This document shows, one piece after another, positions 1-9,606 of a DNA stretch of 50,219 bases; position 1 is the stretch's first letter, and every line of letters begins with the position of its first letter. The position numbers were made by a program, and so were the translations under genes. Under the pieces are notes generated by a model. That model searched no databases. It worked only from the letters and a program-made list of their open reading frames with translations, and was not told the DNA's origin. The DNA lies in NCBI GenBank assembly GCA_038060895.1, contig JBBTCT010000035.1:44891-95109 (forward strand), read 5' to 3'. Source of the DNA: Planctomycetota bacterium. Its GTDB lineage: Bacteria; Planctomycetota; MHYJ01; WSZJ01.

Positions 1-1
1 C

Positions 2-844
2 CGCTCCCCCGCCGTCTTGTGCGTCACGCTGCCCTCCTCGATCACGCCCATTCCATTCCCTCGCTCGCTCACCGCGCCGACCGACGCCTCCGCGCCGCAC
101 GCGCTCCTCCTCGCCTTCGATGGCGACTTCGACTTGCTCTTCGCCAACCAGATTGCCTGGCCTGCGGAACTGCGACGACGCGTGCCGCGCAGCCCCGGGG
201 CGCTTCTGCGCGCCGCCTTCCGCCGCCATCCGCGCGATGCACGGCTCCGCGCGGCGTGCGCGTATCGCCGGATCGACCCTGCGGCCGAGGTCCACCCGAC
301 CGCCGTGATCGAGGGATCGATCATCGGTCCCGGCGCGCGCATCGGCGCCCATTGCACTGTCCGCTTCAGCGTGATCGGCGCCGACGTCCGCCTTCACGAC
401 GGCGCCAAGGTCGAATTCTCCACCGTCGGCCGCGGCTCGTGGCTCATGCATGACCTCGTGCTCTTCCGCTGTCACGTCGAGGACGAGGTCTTCCTCATCC
501 ACGGGCCGTACCAGTTCTCGTGCTTCCACTCCCGAAGCGCCGCCTTCGCGACGATCCTGATGGACTGGCTGCCGCACGGGGGTGCGTTCAAGGTGGTGAC
601 GCCGCGCGGGTTGAGCGAGTATCGGGGGCGGTTTCTCGGATCGGTGTATCGCGAAGGGGCGCGGACGCTGGGCGGGTCGCTGCTCGCGCCCGGGCGGATC
701 GTTCCCGCCAACACTTGGCTCTCGGGAGATCCGGCGCAGGTCCATCGCCGCGTAGACGCGACCCTGCCGCAAAGCGCCCCGGTGCCGCCCGCCGGCGAAC
801 GGCCCGTTCCCGAAGATTCCGGCGCCGGGCGCGGAGACTTCTAA
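2..844 (+). CDS. Left-handed beta-helix (hexapeptide repeat) protein, probably 5'-truncated by the window
   Basis: Hexapeptide pattern IDPAAEVHPTAVIEGSIIGPGARIGAHCTVRFSVIGADVRLHDGAKV; frame is open from the window edge. Confidence 0.7.
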   Translation, partial: RSPAVLCVTLPSSITPIPFPRSLTAPTDASAPHALLLAFDGDFDLLFANQIAWPAELRRRVPRSPGALLRAAFRRHPRDARLRAACAYRRIDPAAEVHPTAVIEGSIIGPGARIGAHCTVRFSVIGADVRLHDGAKVEFSTVGRGSWLMHDLVLFRCHVEDEVFLIHGPYQFSCFHSRSAAFATILMDWLPHGGAFKVVTPRGLSEYRGRFLGSVYREGARTLGGSLLAPGRIVPANTWLSGDPAQVHRRVDATLPQSAPVPPAGERPVPEDSGAGRGDF

Positions 845-870
845 ACCTACCCCTTTTTCGAAGGCAACCC

Positions 871-1497
871 ATGCCCGATGAAACCGCCTGGAACGCTGCC
901 GTGCAGGTCGAAGACTGGGCCGGTGAGCTCCGCGTCAATCTCGTCCGCGGCGCCGCCATCACGGCGTTCTACGGACAGCACCTCCTGAACTACTTCGTAT
1001 TCAAGGACGACCTCGGAGCCAGGTTCCACACGGCCGTCACCGCCGTTACCATCGCCTGGGTCGCCGCCACCGTCGCTCTCCACCTCTGCCTCGGCGCGCG
1101 CTGGCGCCCCGCCTGGCTCCCATACGCCGCCGTCGGCACGGATCTGCTCCTCACCACGCTGCTCCTCATGGCCAGCGACGGCCCGAAGAGCGCTCTTCTC
1201 GTTCTCCTCCCGCTGATCGTCGCCTCCACCGCGGTCCGCCTCAACCTGAACCTCGTCCGCGTCACGCTCCTTTTCGCCGCAATCGCCTACGGCGCCGTCC
1301 TCGTCCATGCCTACGAATACCGCCCCGACTGGGTCGTCCCGCGACGCCAGCAGGTCATCTTCACGCTGGCCCTGGGATGCGCGGGCCTCATCGCCGGGCA
1401 GGCCGTGCGGCGCGCGAAGCGCCTCGCGCGCGATTTCCAGGACCGCATCGAATTTCTCGGCGCCCGCCCCGGCTCGCCGGAAGGAGGCCGGTCATGA
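871..1497 (+). CDS. Multi-pass membrane protein, hypothetical
   Basis: ATG at 871 (MPDETAWNAA); about 6 hydrophobic helices; stop overlaps next start (ATGA). Confidence 0.75.
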   Translation: MPDETAWNAAVQVEDWAGELRVNLVRGAAITAFYGQHLLNYFVFKDDLGARFHTAVTAVTIAWVAATVALHLCLGARWRPAWLPYAAVGTDLLLTTLLLMASDGPKSALLVLLPLIVASTAVRLNLNLVRVTLLFAAIAYGAVLVHAYEYRPDWVVPRRQQVIFTLALGCAGLIAGQAVRRAKRLARDFQDRIEFLGARPGSPEGGRS

Positions 1498-1949
1498 TCA
1501 ACCGGTGCACCACGTGCGGATCCTGGTTCGACCTCCGCAAATTCCCCGCGTGCCCCATCTGCGGCCGCGCCAACGTGCCGATGGCCAGCCCCGCGCCCCA
1601 GTTCCAGCTGCCCCGCTTCAGCGTCGATCACGAAGCGGCGCACGACAAGGACATCGCCGGATGGACGCTCCCCGTCGGCATCCTCCTGGGCCTCGCCGGC
1701 CCGTTCGCGCTCTACAAAGCCTCCGAGGGCATCACGGGCGAGATCGTCGTCGGATTCCTGGTCATGCTGGCCGTCGTGGCCGTGTTCGGCGCCGGCGCCA
1801 GTTCCCAGTCCGAACCCGCCCGCTTCGCCGCCGGGCGCGTCGCCCGGACCGCGCTCATGACCATCGCGATCACCATTGCCGTCGTGGCCGTCATCGGCGT
1901 GGCGATCTTCGTGCTCGCCTTCGTGGCTTGCGCCACGTCGGGATTCTGA
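1494..1949 (+). CDS. Zinc-ribbon (CxxC...CxxC) membrane protein
   Basis: SD AAGGAGG at 1481-1487; CTTC...CPIC followed by about 3 TM helices. Confidence 0.75.
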   Translation: MINRCTTCGSWFDLRKFPACPICGRANVPMASPAPQFQLPRFSVDHEAAHDKDIAGWTLPVGILLGLAGPFALYKASEGITGEIVVGFLVMLAVVAVFGAGASSQSEPARFAAGRVARTALMTIAITIAVVAVIGVAIFVLAFVACATSGF

Positions 1950-1961
1950 GAACGCACCGCC

Positions 1962-4900
1962 TTACTTCGCTTCCTCGTCCCACGGCGCCAGTTTTGCTCG
2001 CGCGACCAGCGCGGCCCACCGTTCGTGGCCGCGAAGGGGAGCGAAGCCCGCTTCCTCCTCGAGCGACTCTACGTCCCGATACCCGCGCCCGGCGGCTTCC
2101 TCGAGCGCCTTCACGGCGTCTTCCACCGCGGCGGCGCGGGCGGGGTCGCCTTCCCGCATCAAAGCAGCATGCGCCGCGTGGGCGCTGGCGATCGTGAGCC
2201 ACGCGTCCGGGTGGCCGTCCAGGAGAGCGGTCGCCCCGCTTGCGGCCCGAAGCGCTTCTTCCCATTTCCCCGACTCGAGCCATCGCTCCGCGCGGCGGAG
2301 CAGGTTGGCCACCCTCGGGTGCCGCTTGTCGTACGAAGCCGAATACGCCTCGGCCTCCGTCCGCGAATCGGACATGCGCTGGTTCTCAAGCGGCGTGAGC
2401 TCGCGCGGCGAAACGCTTATGGCGAACGAGAGGGCGTCCATGGGCAGGTGAACGATCGCCCCGGAGCGGCGGGCGGTGGCGAAGCGGCCATCGAGTGTGA
2501 ATCCGACAGGGCTGGAGAAAGAGCGGGGGAGGGCGGCGATTTCGTCGAGCGTTTCCAGCCGGTAGAAGCGTGCCGTGCCGCCGCCGTCGAGGGCGACGAC
2601 GCCTCCGGCGGGTGAGAGAAGGATGCCGGTCTCCTGGATGAGGGGCCACCGGCCGGAGCGCAAAAGTGCGCCCGACTTCGTGTCCCACGCGCGGACGCTG
2701 GCGTCCATCGCGGTCGTGAGAAACGTTCCGTCCGGGACAAAGGCGCTGCCGATCGTCCATCCGGTATGGCCGACGAAGCGGCCGATTTCACGGAGTTCGG
2801 AAGCGCTGTAAAGGACAACCTGCGCGTTGGGCGAATCGACCATGGCGAGGGTCTGTCCATCGTCGCTGACGGAGAAGAGGTCGTAGGAGCGGCGCGGCAT
2901 CTGGAAGGCGGGCCCGCCCTTTCCCGTGACCACGTTCCAGAGGCGCCCCTGGTTTTCGTGGCTGGCCAGGAGCAGCCAATCGCCGTTCCGGCTCGACCTG
3001 GGAAATGCGACATGATGCTCCCCGCCTTCGTCGGCGTCGAAGAGCCACCCGCGATCCGGGTCGCCGATCCAAAGCACTTTTGCCCCCGGGGTCCATGCGG
3101 CGAAGCGCCGCCCGTCTCCCAGAAATCTGATGTGGGAGAGCTCCCCCGCGAAATCCCACGCCGCGATTTTCTCGCCCGTGCCGTTGTCGTGGACCTCGAG
3201 GCGCCCGTCGCTTCCCTGCACAATCGCGATTAATCCATCCTGCGACGGGAAAGCGCGCGGCTGCGTCGCGTGCCATCGGAACGTCGGGAGGCACGCGCCG
3301 GGCGCGGTGTCCCAGACTATGGCGGCGTGGTCGCGTCCACCTGTAAGCACGCGGCGGCCGTCGGGCGAAAACACCGCGAATTCCACGTTGTACTCGTGGC
3401 CCCGGAAGACGACGGTGTCCGCGCCCGTCTCCACGTCTCGCGACTGCGCAAGAACGCCCTGGAACATCAGGACCTGCTTCCAGTCCCGGTCGAAATAGCG
3501 GTTCTGGAGCCGCCCGCCGTCGAACTTCACGAACGAATGCTCCCGTGACAGGTCCGGGGCCAGGATGTGCAACCCGAGGTCGGAGTGAACGGCGAAACGC
3601 GATCCGTTGGGCTTCAGGATCCCATGGGCATCCCGCGCCGTTTCCTCGCCCGAATCGTTCGGGCCGGGGCGCTTCAACGTGTGGCGGCCGACGATCTCGA
3701 GAGACTCGACGCTCCGCATGATCACGCTTCCGTCTCGACCGCAGGTGAGCAGGCTCTTCGAATCCGCAAGAAACGTCACCGAGTTCAGGCCGGCGGCGTG
3801 GCCTGAGAACTCACGCGGGCGTTTCGGGTCGGCCCGGCTCCAGAGGAGGAAGCGGTCGCTGCAGACGGCGGCCACCCACGCGCCGTCGGGCGAGACTTCG
3901 GCTCTGTGCGAAGTGCCGGGGCCTTCGTAAACGGTCGCGCTTCCGTCAGGTTCCCACACGCGAACGGTGCTGTCGTCCGCGAACGAAATCACGCGGCCGT
4001 CCGGCAGGAAATTGGCGTGGCGGAGGAATCCGCGGTGGCCCTTCAGCACGTGCAGGCACTTGCCGGTCGCCGCATCCCAGAGGCGCGGCGCCACGTCCGC
4101 GGTGCCGGCGGGCTGAAAGGGCTTGATCCGGTCGTCATCCGGGTGCCCCGGGACGGTCAGGATAGTCCGGCCATCGGCGCCCCACTCGGCGCGCGTCAGA
4201 CCGCTTCGGTGTCCCTCCAGCCGCCTGATTTCCGCCCCGGTCGCGACATCCCAGATCCTCGCCGTAAAATCGGCCCCCGCCGTGACAATGAATTTCCCGT
4301 CGGGGCTGAAACACCCGTCAACGACGTTGTGGGCGTGACCGAGGAAACGCCGCCGCTCGACGAGCTGCGAGCAAGCGGTCCAGAGCGCGTTCGTGGAAGA
4401 AGCGCCCGGGGCGCGATGGGCGGCCTCGATGGCGACGAGAAGCGCGGCCGTGGGATTGTCCTCGAGCAGATTCAGCGAGTAGGCGGCCATGCGCTGGCCT
4501 TGCGCGAGCCCCAGCGCCGCCTGCACCTGCTGCTTCGCCCTTCGCGCCTCGTCCGCCTGCGCGACCGCTTCTTCGCGCGCCTGGTGTTCCGCCACGGCGC
4601 GGTTGGAAGCGAGGCGTGCGTAGGTGAGCGAGACGGCGACCCCTGCGACGAGGATGAGGAAAGCGCCCGCGAGCGACAGGGCGAGGGCGCGGTTGCGGCG
4701 TGCGAAGCGCCGCATCTGTTCAAAGGCCGTGTGCCGGTAGAGGGCCATCGGCCGGCCGTCGCGCCATGCGCGGACTTCTTCGGCGAGCGTCCGGGCCGAA
4801 TCCAGCCGGACCGTGCGGTCCTTCGTCATCGCGGCGCGCGCCACGGCGGCGAGTTCGCGCGGGGCCAGTGGCTCAACGGCATCGGCCGGCGGCACGGTCT

Positions 4901-5987
4901 CCTCGAGCACCCTGTGCAGGACCACCATTGAGTTCTCGTCATCGAACGGAGGTGCGCCCGTGAGGAGTTCGTAGAGCATGACGCCGAGCTGGTACACGTC
5001 CGACTTCTCGTCGACCGTGTCGATGTCCCCGCGCGCCTGCTCCGGCGACATGTACGCCGGCGTCCCGATGATGTCGCCGTCCATCGTCAGCCGCGTCGTG
5101 TCCCCCTTCGACGGCGCTTCCCCAGGAGCGCTCGGCGCCCGCCGCGGCGGGGGCGCTTCTTCCTGCCCGCGCATCCGCGCCAGCCCCCAGTCGAGCACCA
5201 CCGTCTCGCCGAAGTCCCCGATCATGATGTTCGAAGGCTTGAGGTCCCGGTTCACGACGCCGCGCGAATGCGCGTACGCCACGGCGTTGCACGCGTCGAT
5301 GAACGCGTCCAGCAACTTCAGCCGCTCCGCCAGCCGCTGCCGCGGCGACATCAGATTTTGGAGCTTGATCCGCTCCAGCCGCTCTTCCATCGTCTCCCCG
5401 CGCACCAGCTTCATCGTGTAGTACGCCGCCCCGCCTTCCTTCGCCCCGATTTCGTACACCGGCACGATGTTCGGGTGCTCGAGCTGGCCGGTGATGCGGG
5501 CTTCCCTCAGGAAGCGCTCCCGGTCCCACGCGAATCCCTGGGCGAAGCGCGGCAGCAGTTCCTTCATCGCCACTTCCCGCCCGACCTCGCGATCGAGCAC
5601 GACGAGGATGCGCCCCATCCCTCCGCGGGCGTGCTCCTTGCGGACCTCGTAGCGCGCGCGCAATTGCCCGGAGTCCGCGGCGGGGCCTCCCGCCCCCGAG
5701 ATCACGGGGCGAGTTCCGTGGGCGCCTTCCGGGTCCAGAATCTGGACCGAGCCCGGCTTCTCCACCCCGCCCAGCAGCACCGACACCCGCGCCGGGTCTT
5801 CTTCCGTCCGGGCCAGCTCCTTCTCAAACGTCGCCCGCTCCCAGGCCGCCGCTTCGTCCCACCTCGCCCCCAGCACCGATGCCGGCGAATCGCCCCGCAC
5901 CCCGGCGCCGGCCGGGATTTTCCATCCACGGGCGCGCGCCAGCGCCAGGATGAGGCGCGCGCGGTCCGGTTGTTCGTTCGAGCTCAC
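1962..5987 (-). CDS. Hanks-type Ser/Thr kinase with hydrophobic segment, WD40 repeats and C-terminal TPR-like helices
   Basis: ARGGMG, VAMK, NRDLKPSN, DWG, GTPAYMSPEQ, DVY motifs; GH...WD repeats. Confidence 0.92.
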   Translation of the reverse strand: MSSNEQPDRARLILALARARGWKIPAGAGVRGDSPASVLGARWDEAAAWERATFEKELARTEEDPARVSVLLGGVEKPGSVQILDPEGAHGTRPVISGAGGPAADSGQLRARYEVRKEHARGGMGRILVVLDREVGREVAMKELLPRFAQGFAWDRERFLREARITGQLEHPNIVPVYEIGAKEGGAAYYTMKLVRGETMEERLERIKLQNLMSPRQRLAERLKLLDAFIDACNAVAYAHSRGVVNRDLKPSNIMIGDFGETVVLDWGLARMRGQEEAPPPRRAPSAPGEAPSKGDTTRLTMDGDIIGTPAYMSPEQARGDIDTVDEKSDVYQLGVMLYELLTGAPPFDDENSMVVLHRVLEETVPPADAVEPLAPRELAAVARAAMTKDRTVRLDSARTLAEEVRAWRDGRPMALYRHTAFEQMRRFARRNRALALSLAGAFLILVAGVAVSLTYARLASNRAVAEHQAREEAVAQADEARRAKQQVQAALGLAQGQRMAAYSLNLLEDNPTAALLVAIEAAHRAPGASSTNALWTACSQLVERRRFLGHAHNVVDGCFSPDGKFIVTAGADFTARIWDVATGAEIRRLEGHRSGLTRAEWGADGRTILTVPGHPDDDRIKPFQPAGTADVAPRLWDAATGKCLHVLKGHRGFLRHANFLPDGRVISFADDSTVRVWEPDGSATVYEGPGTSHRAEVSPDGAWVAAVCSDRFLLWSRADPKRPREFSGHAAGLNSVTFLADSKSLLTCGRDGSVIMRSVESLEIVGRHTLKRPGPNDSGEETARDAHGILKPNGSRFAVHSDLGLHILAPDLSREHSFVKFDGGRLQNRYFDRDWKQVLMFQGVLAQSRDVETGADTVVFRGHEYNVEFAVFSPDGRRVLTGGRDHAAIVWDTAPGACLPTFRWHATQPRAFPSQDGLIAIVQGSDGRLEVHDNGTGEKIAAWDFAGELSHIRFLGDGRRFAAWTPGAKVLWIGDPDRGWLFDADEGGEHHVAFPRSSRNGDWLLLASHENQGRLWNVVTGKGGPAFQMPRRSYDLFSVSDDGQTLAMVDSPNAQVVLYSASELREIGRFVGHTGWTIGSAFVPDGTFLTTAMDASVRAWDTKSGALLRSGRWPLIQETGILLSPAGGVVALDGGGTARFYRLETLDEIAALPRSFSSPVGFTLDGRFATARRSGAIVHLPMDALSFAISVSPRELTPLENQRMSDSRTEAEAYSASYDKRHPRVANLLRRAERWLESGKWEEALRAASGATALLDGHPDAWLTIASAHAAHAALMREGDPARAAAVEDAVKALEEAAGRGYRDVESLEEEAGFAPLRGHERWAALVARAKLAPWDEEAK

Positions 5988-6164
5988 GCGGGGATTGTGC
6001 GGTGGGCTTGGGAACGCCGGAAGGGAATCTGGCGAAGTTCCGGAGGGGAGGCGGCGTGGTCCGCGAACTCCTGGTCGAAGGCGTCGGTCGGGTGTACGGC
6101 GAGAGTCTGACAGGCGCGGCCCGTCGCGCGGATTGAGCCCGGATTTCGATACGATGGAACGACC

Positions 6165-8054
6165 ATGACGGCACCCGCCCCCCGCCTTTCAGCGATCCTC
6201 CCCTCCGGCCGCGCGCCGGTGACGCCTCGCGGGAGGTTGGCGGACGGTGGAGAAATATTGCCCATCGAGGACCTCGTCGAGCCGTGGATCCTCTCGGGGG
6301 CTCGCGGCGCGATTCGCATCACAGGAGGGCCAGGATCAGGGAAGTCGGTCGCGCTGGCGCATCTCAAAGCGGCCCTGGGTCCACAAACGGACGTCGTGAT
6401 CCTCGACGACGCGTGGATGAAGGCCGTTGAAGCGGACGCCCAGCGGTCCCTGGTCATCTTCACTTCGTCGCAGAAGCTCCGGGTCGGGCTTCTCGCTGAA
6501 ATCGAATTGGCCCCCTGGGGGGACGACGACGCAATCGAGTACCTGCTCGCGATGCACCGCGGGCGTTGCACTTCGGTCATGAAGCGCCTGCTGGCGGACG
6601 TCCGGCGCGACGCGATCCTGAAGGGTTCTCCCGAGATTTTCCGGATCGTGCTCGAAGCGCTTGCTGCGTCCGAGTCGATCCCTGATGTCACAGCCGCGCT
6701 GAAGCGGGAGCTTGAAGCGCGGTTTCCGGACGCCGCCACGAAAGAAGAAATCCTCCTGCTGGCGTGGAGTCTGGTCGTGCACTCCGCGGAAATCTCCGGT
6801 CAAGGCTCGGCCTGGAAAATTCCCAACTGGGTGCTTCCGCTGTTGCGACATCGAGCGGTTTGCCTCCTGCTGGCGGCAGAGTTGGTCGTAACGCATCTCG
6901 CCGCGAGGACCGAAATAAGCCCCCTGAGCGAACGGCTTCCCCGGGACCTGATCCAGCCCGTCGCGCTGCTGGCCCGGTCGCAGCCGTCCGTGGTTGCGGC
7001 TCTGCGGGCGACGGCCTGTTCCCCTGGACCTGTGAAGTCCCAACCGAACATCGCGAGTCTTCTCCTCGCCATCGACCCGGATTGGCGCCCGTCCGGACTT
7101 CTCAAACTCAGCGGTGCATTCCTGACCGGGGCCCGGTGGAACGGCCTCAATCTCGGAGGCGCCGAGCTCATCGGCGCCCAGTTGAAAAGTGCCGACCTCT
7201 CGAATGCCGACCTCTCGGCCGCCAACCTCCGCCGGGCCGACTTGACGCGCGCCAATCTCACGGGCGCCAACCTGGCTGCCGCGTCGGCAGGGGAAGCGAT
7301 CTTCGACTTTGCCAACCTGTCGTTCGCGCGGCTCGATGCCGTCGTGATGCGGCACGCCCACCTCCACGGCGCAATTCTCCGGAGCGCTTCCCTCGCCGGT
7401 GCGGCCCTCGTGGAATCGGACTTCGAGGACGCGGACCTCGCGGATGCCAACCTGGCGCGCGCTTCGCTCCGCCGTGCCCGATTTGAAGGCGCCAACCTGC
7501 GCGGCGCCAGCCTTGCCGGTGCGATTGCGCCTGACACCATCTTCAACACGGCCCGCCTCGCCGGCGCGCTGTTCCATCGCGCCCAGCTCCAGCGGTGCGA
7601 CTTCGAGGGAGTCGAACTCCAGGCGCCGGATTTCTCCAGCGCCGACCTGACCGGGGCCTTCTTCACCGACTCGACGCTTCCGCGCGCGCAGTTCCGCGGC
7701 GCCATTCTTGCCGAGGCCGGACTGGCCGGCATCGAGTGGGAACGCGCTGACCTGCGCGAAGTGGATTTCAAGAATGCATCGTTTCACCTTGGATCCTCGC
7801 GAAGCGGCCTGGTGAATTCGCCGCTCGCCAGCGAAGGCACGCGCACGGGCTTCTACACGGACGACTCCGCCGAGCAGGATTTCAAGGCGCCGGAGGAAAT
7901 CCGAAAGGCAAACCTGCGCGGAGCGGATCTGCGCCTGGCGAAGGTCCTGGAGACGGATTGGTACCTCGTGGATCTGCGCGACGCCTTCTACTCGCCCGAA
8001 CAGGGCGAGCATTTCAAGCGGTGCCGGGCCATTCTCGCGGATCGGGCGAAGTAG
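6165..8054 (+). CDS. P-loop (NACHT-like) domain fused to pentapeptide repeats
   Basis: Walker A GGPGSGKS, Walker B-like VVILDD; long A(D/N)Lxx repeat tract in the C-terminal half. Confidence 0.85.
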   Translation: MTAPAPRLSAILPSGRAPVTPRGRLADGGEILPIEDLVEPWILSGARGAIRITGGPGSGKSVALAHLKAALGPQTDVVILDDAWMKAVEADAQRSLVIFTSSQKLRVGLLAEIELAPWGDDDAIEYLLAMHRGRCTSVMKRLLADVRRDAILKGSPEIFRIVLEALAASESIPDVTAALKRELEARFPDAATKEEILLLAWSLVVHSAEISGQGSAWKIPNWVLPLLRHRAVCLLLAAELVVTHLAARTEISPLSERLPRDLIQPVALLARSQPSVVAALRATACSPGPVKSQPNIASLLLAIDPDWRPSGLLKLSGAFLTGARWNGLNLGGAELIGAQLKSADLSNADLSAANLRRADLTRANLTGANLAAASAGEAIFDFANLSFARLDAVVMRHAHLHGAILRSASLAGAALVESDFEDADLADANLARASLRRARFEGANLRGASLAGAIAPDTIFNTARLAGALFHRAQLQRCDFEGVELQAPDFSSADLTGAFFTDSTLPRAQFRGAILAEAGLAGIEWERADLREVDFKNASFHLGSSRSGLVNSPLASEGTRTGFYTDDSAEQDFKAPEEIRKANLRGADLRLAKVLETDWYLVDLRDAFYSPEQGEHFKRCRAILADRAK

Positions 8055-8066
8055 GCGGCCCCGGAT

Positions 8067-9602
8067 TCATACCGTGGCCGGTTCGAGCGGCGGAATCCCC
8101 GCGTTGCGGCATGCCTCGCGCATGGGTTCAAGCCGCCGCCTCCAGGACCTCTGGAGGTTCAGTTCCAGGACGATCGCCGACCCGGCCTTCCAAGTCGATT
8201 TCGCCTCCTCGAGACGCCCGAGCGCGAGCTGGCAGAGCGCGAAGTCGCACAGGTTGAGGCCCTCGGCCTGGCGGTTTCCGACCTCGCGGTGGATCGCCAG
8301 CACTTCCGCGTAGAGCCGTTCCGCTTCCGCGGCGCGCCCCGTGCGCAGCCAGAAACCGGCGATGTTGCCGAGCGATACGCCTTCGGACACGCGGTCGCGG
8401 ATCTCACGCTGGATCGCCAGGGCCGCCTCGAAGTTCCGTCCCGCATCACCAAGCCGGCCGCTCTCCTCGTAGAGGATCGCGATGTTGCCGAGAAGCGTGG
8501 CCTCGCCGGCCCGGTTACCGATTTCGCGGAGGATCTCCAGCGACTGCTGATAACCGGCTTCCGCTTCCGCGAGGCGGCCCGTCTGCTGGTGAAGGATCGC
8601 CCGGTTTCCGACAACGATGCCGAAATAGCGCCGGTCGCCGGTTTCGCGGTGGATCGCGAGCGCCTCCTCGAAGATCGCCTCGGCGAGCTCGACGCGGCCC
8701 GTTTCCCGGTAGATCGTGCCCAGGGTGCCGAGCGCGACGCCCTCGAAGCGGCGATTGCCGACTTCCCGATGAATCGCCAGGGCCCGCGCGCAGACGACCT
8801 CGGCTTCTGCCTTGCGCCCCGTGTCGTTGTACAGGAGGGCCACGTTGCCCAGCGTGATCCCCTCCGAACGGCGGTTTCCGTTCGCGCGGTGAACGGCGAG
8901 CGACTCCTCGAAAGTGGACTCCGCAAGCGCGGTTCGCCCGGTTTCGCGGAGCAGGTTTGCGAGGTTTCCAAGAGTCGCGCCGTGGGTGCGGTCGTCGCCG
9001 CACTCGAGGTGAATCGAGAGAGCCTCCCGGAAGCCCTTCTCCGCCTCCACCCGGCGCGCCGTCATGTTGTAGAGGCTCGCAAGGCTGCCCATCACCAGCC
9101 CCTCGAGCCGCCGGTGCCCCGCGGCACGCAGCATCGCAAGCGCTTCCTCGAACATCTCCTCCGCCAGCGCGTGTCGCCCCGTCTGGAACGCCACGTGCGC
9201 CGCCCGCCGCACCGCTTCGCCCCGGCCGGCCCCGTTTTCCAGCGCAGCCTCCGCACGCCAGAGCCGGATGGCGTCATCGATGGCAAAGGTCCGTTCCGCA
9301 TGCCCCGCCGCCCGCCGCAGGTACAGCCGCTGTGAAGCGACGTCGCCCGTGAGCCGCGCGTGATCCGACAGCTCCCGTGCGAACGTGTCTCCCGGGAGCG
9401 AGCGGTCCTCGAGATCGCTCTTTGCCTCCAGCGCCCCTTGCTCCGGCGGGCGTCCGCCCGCGACCTGCTCGATCAGCGCGAAGGCCAGCGCATGGAGCCT
9501 CGCCCGGTCGCCCGGGAGCTGGAGCTGGTAGGCCGCGTCGCGCAGCAGCGCGTGACGAAACAGGTACGCGCACTCTGCGAAAGCGGGGGGACGCTGCGCC
9601 AA
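8067..9602 (-). CDS. Stand-alone FRH-motif TPR protein, copy 1
   Basis: YLFRHALLRDAAYQLQLPGDRARLH then ~40-aa TPR repeats (GNRRxEGxxLGNLA); start uncertain, in-frame TTG at 9602 just after the upstream stop. Confidence 0.85.
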   Translation of the reverse strand: MAQRPPAFAECAYLFRHALLRDAAYQLQLPGDRARLHALAFALIEQVAGGRPPEQGALEAKSDLEDRSLPGDTFARELSDHARLTGDVASQRLYLRRAAGHAERTFAIDDAIRLWRAEAALENGAGRGEAVRRAAHVAFQTGRHALAEEMFEEALAMLRAAGHRRLEGLVMGSLASLYNMTARRVEAEKGFREALSIHLECGDDRTHGATLGNLANLLRETGRTALAESTFEESLAVHRANGNRRSEGITLGNVALLYNDTGRKAEAEVVCARALAIHREVGNRRFEGVALGTLGTIYRETGRVELAEAIFEEALAIHRETGDRRYFGIVVGNRAILHQQTGRLAEAEAGYQQSLEILREIGNRAGEATLLGNIAILYEESGRLGDAGRNFEAALAIQREIRDRVSEGVSLGNIAGFWLRTGRAAEAERLYAEVLAIHREVGNRQAEGLNLCDFALCQLALGRLEEAKSTWKAGSAIVLELNLQRSWRRRLEPMREACRNAGIPPLEPATV

Positions 9603-9606
9603 CGCT

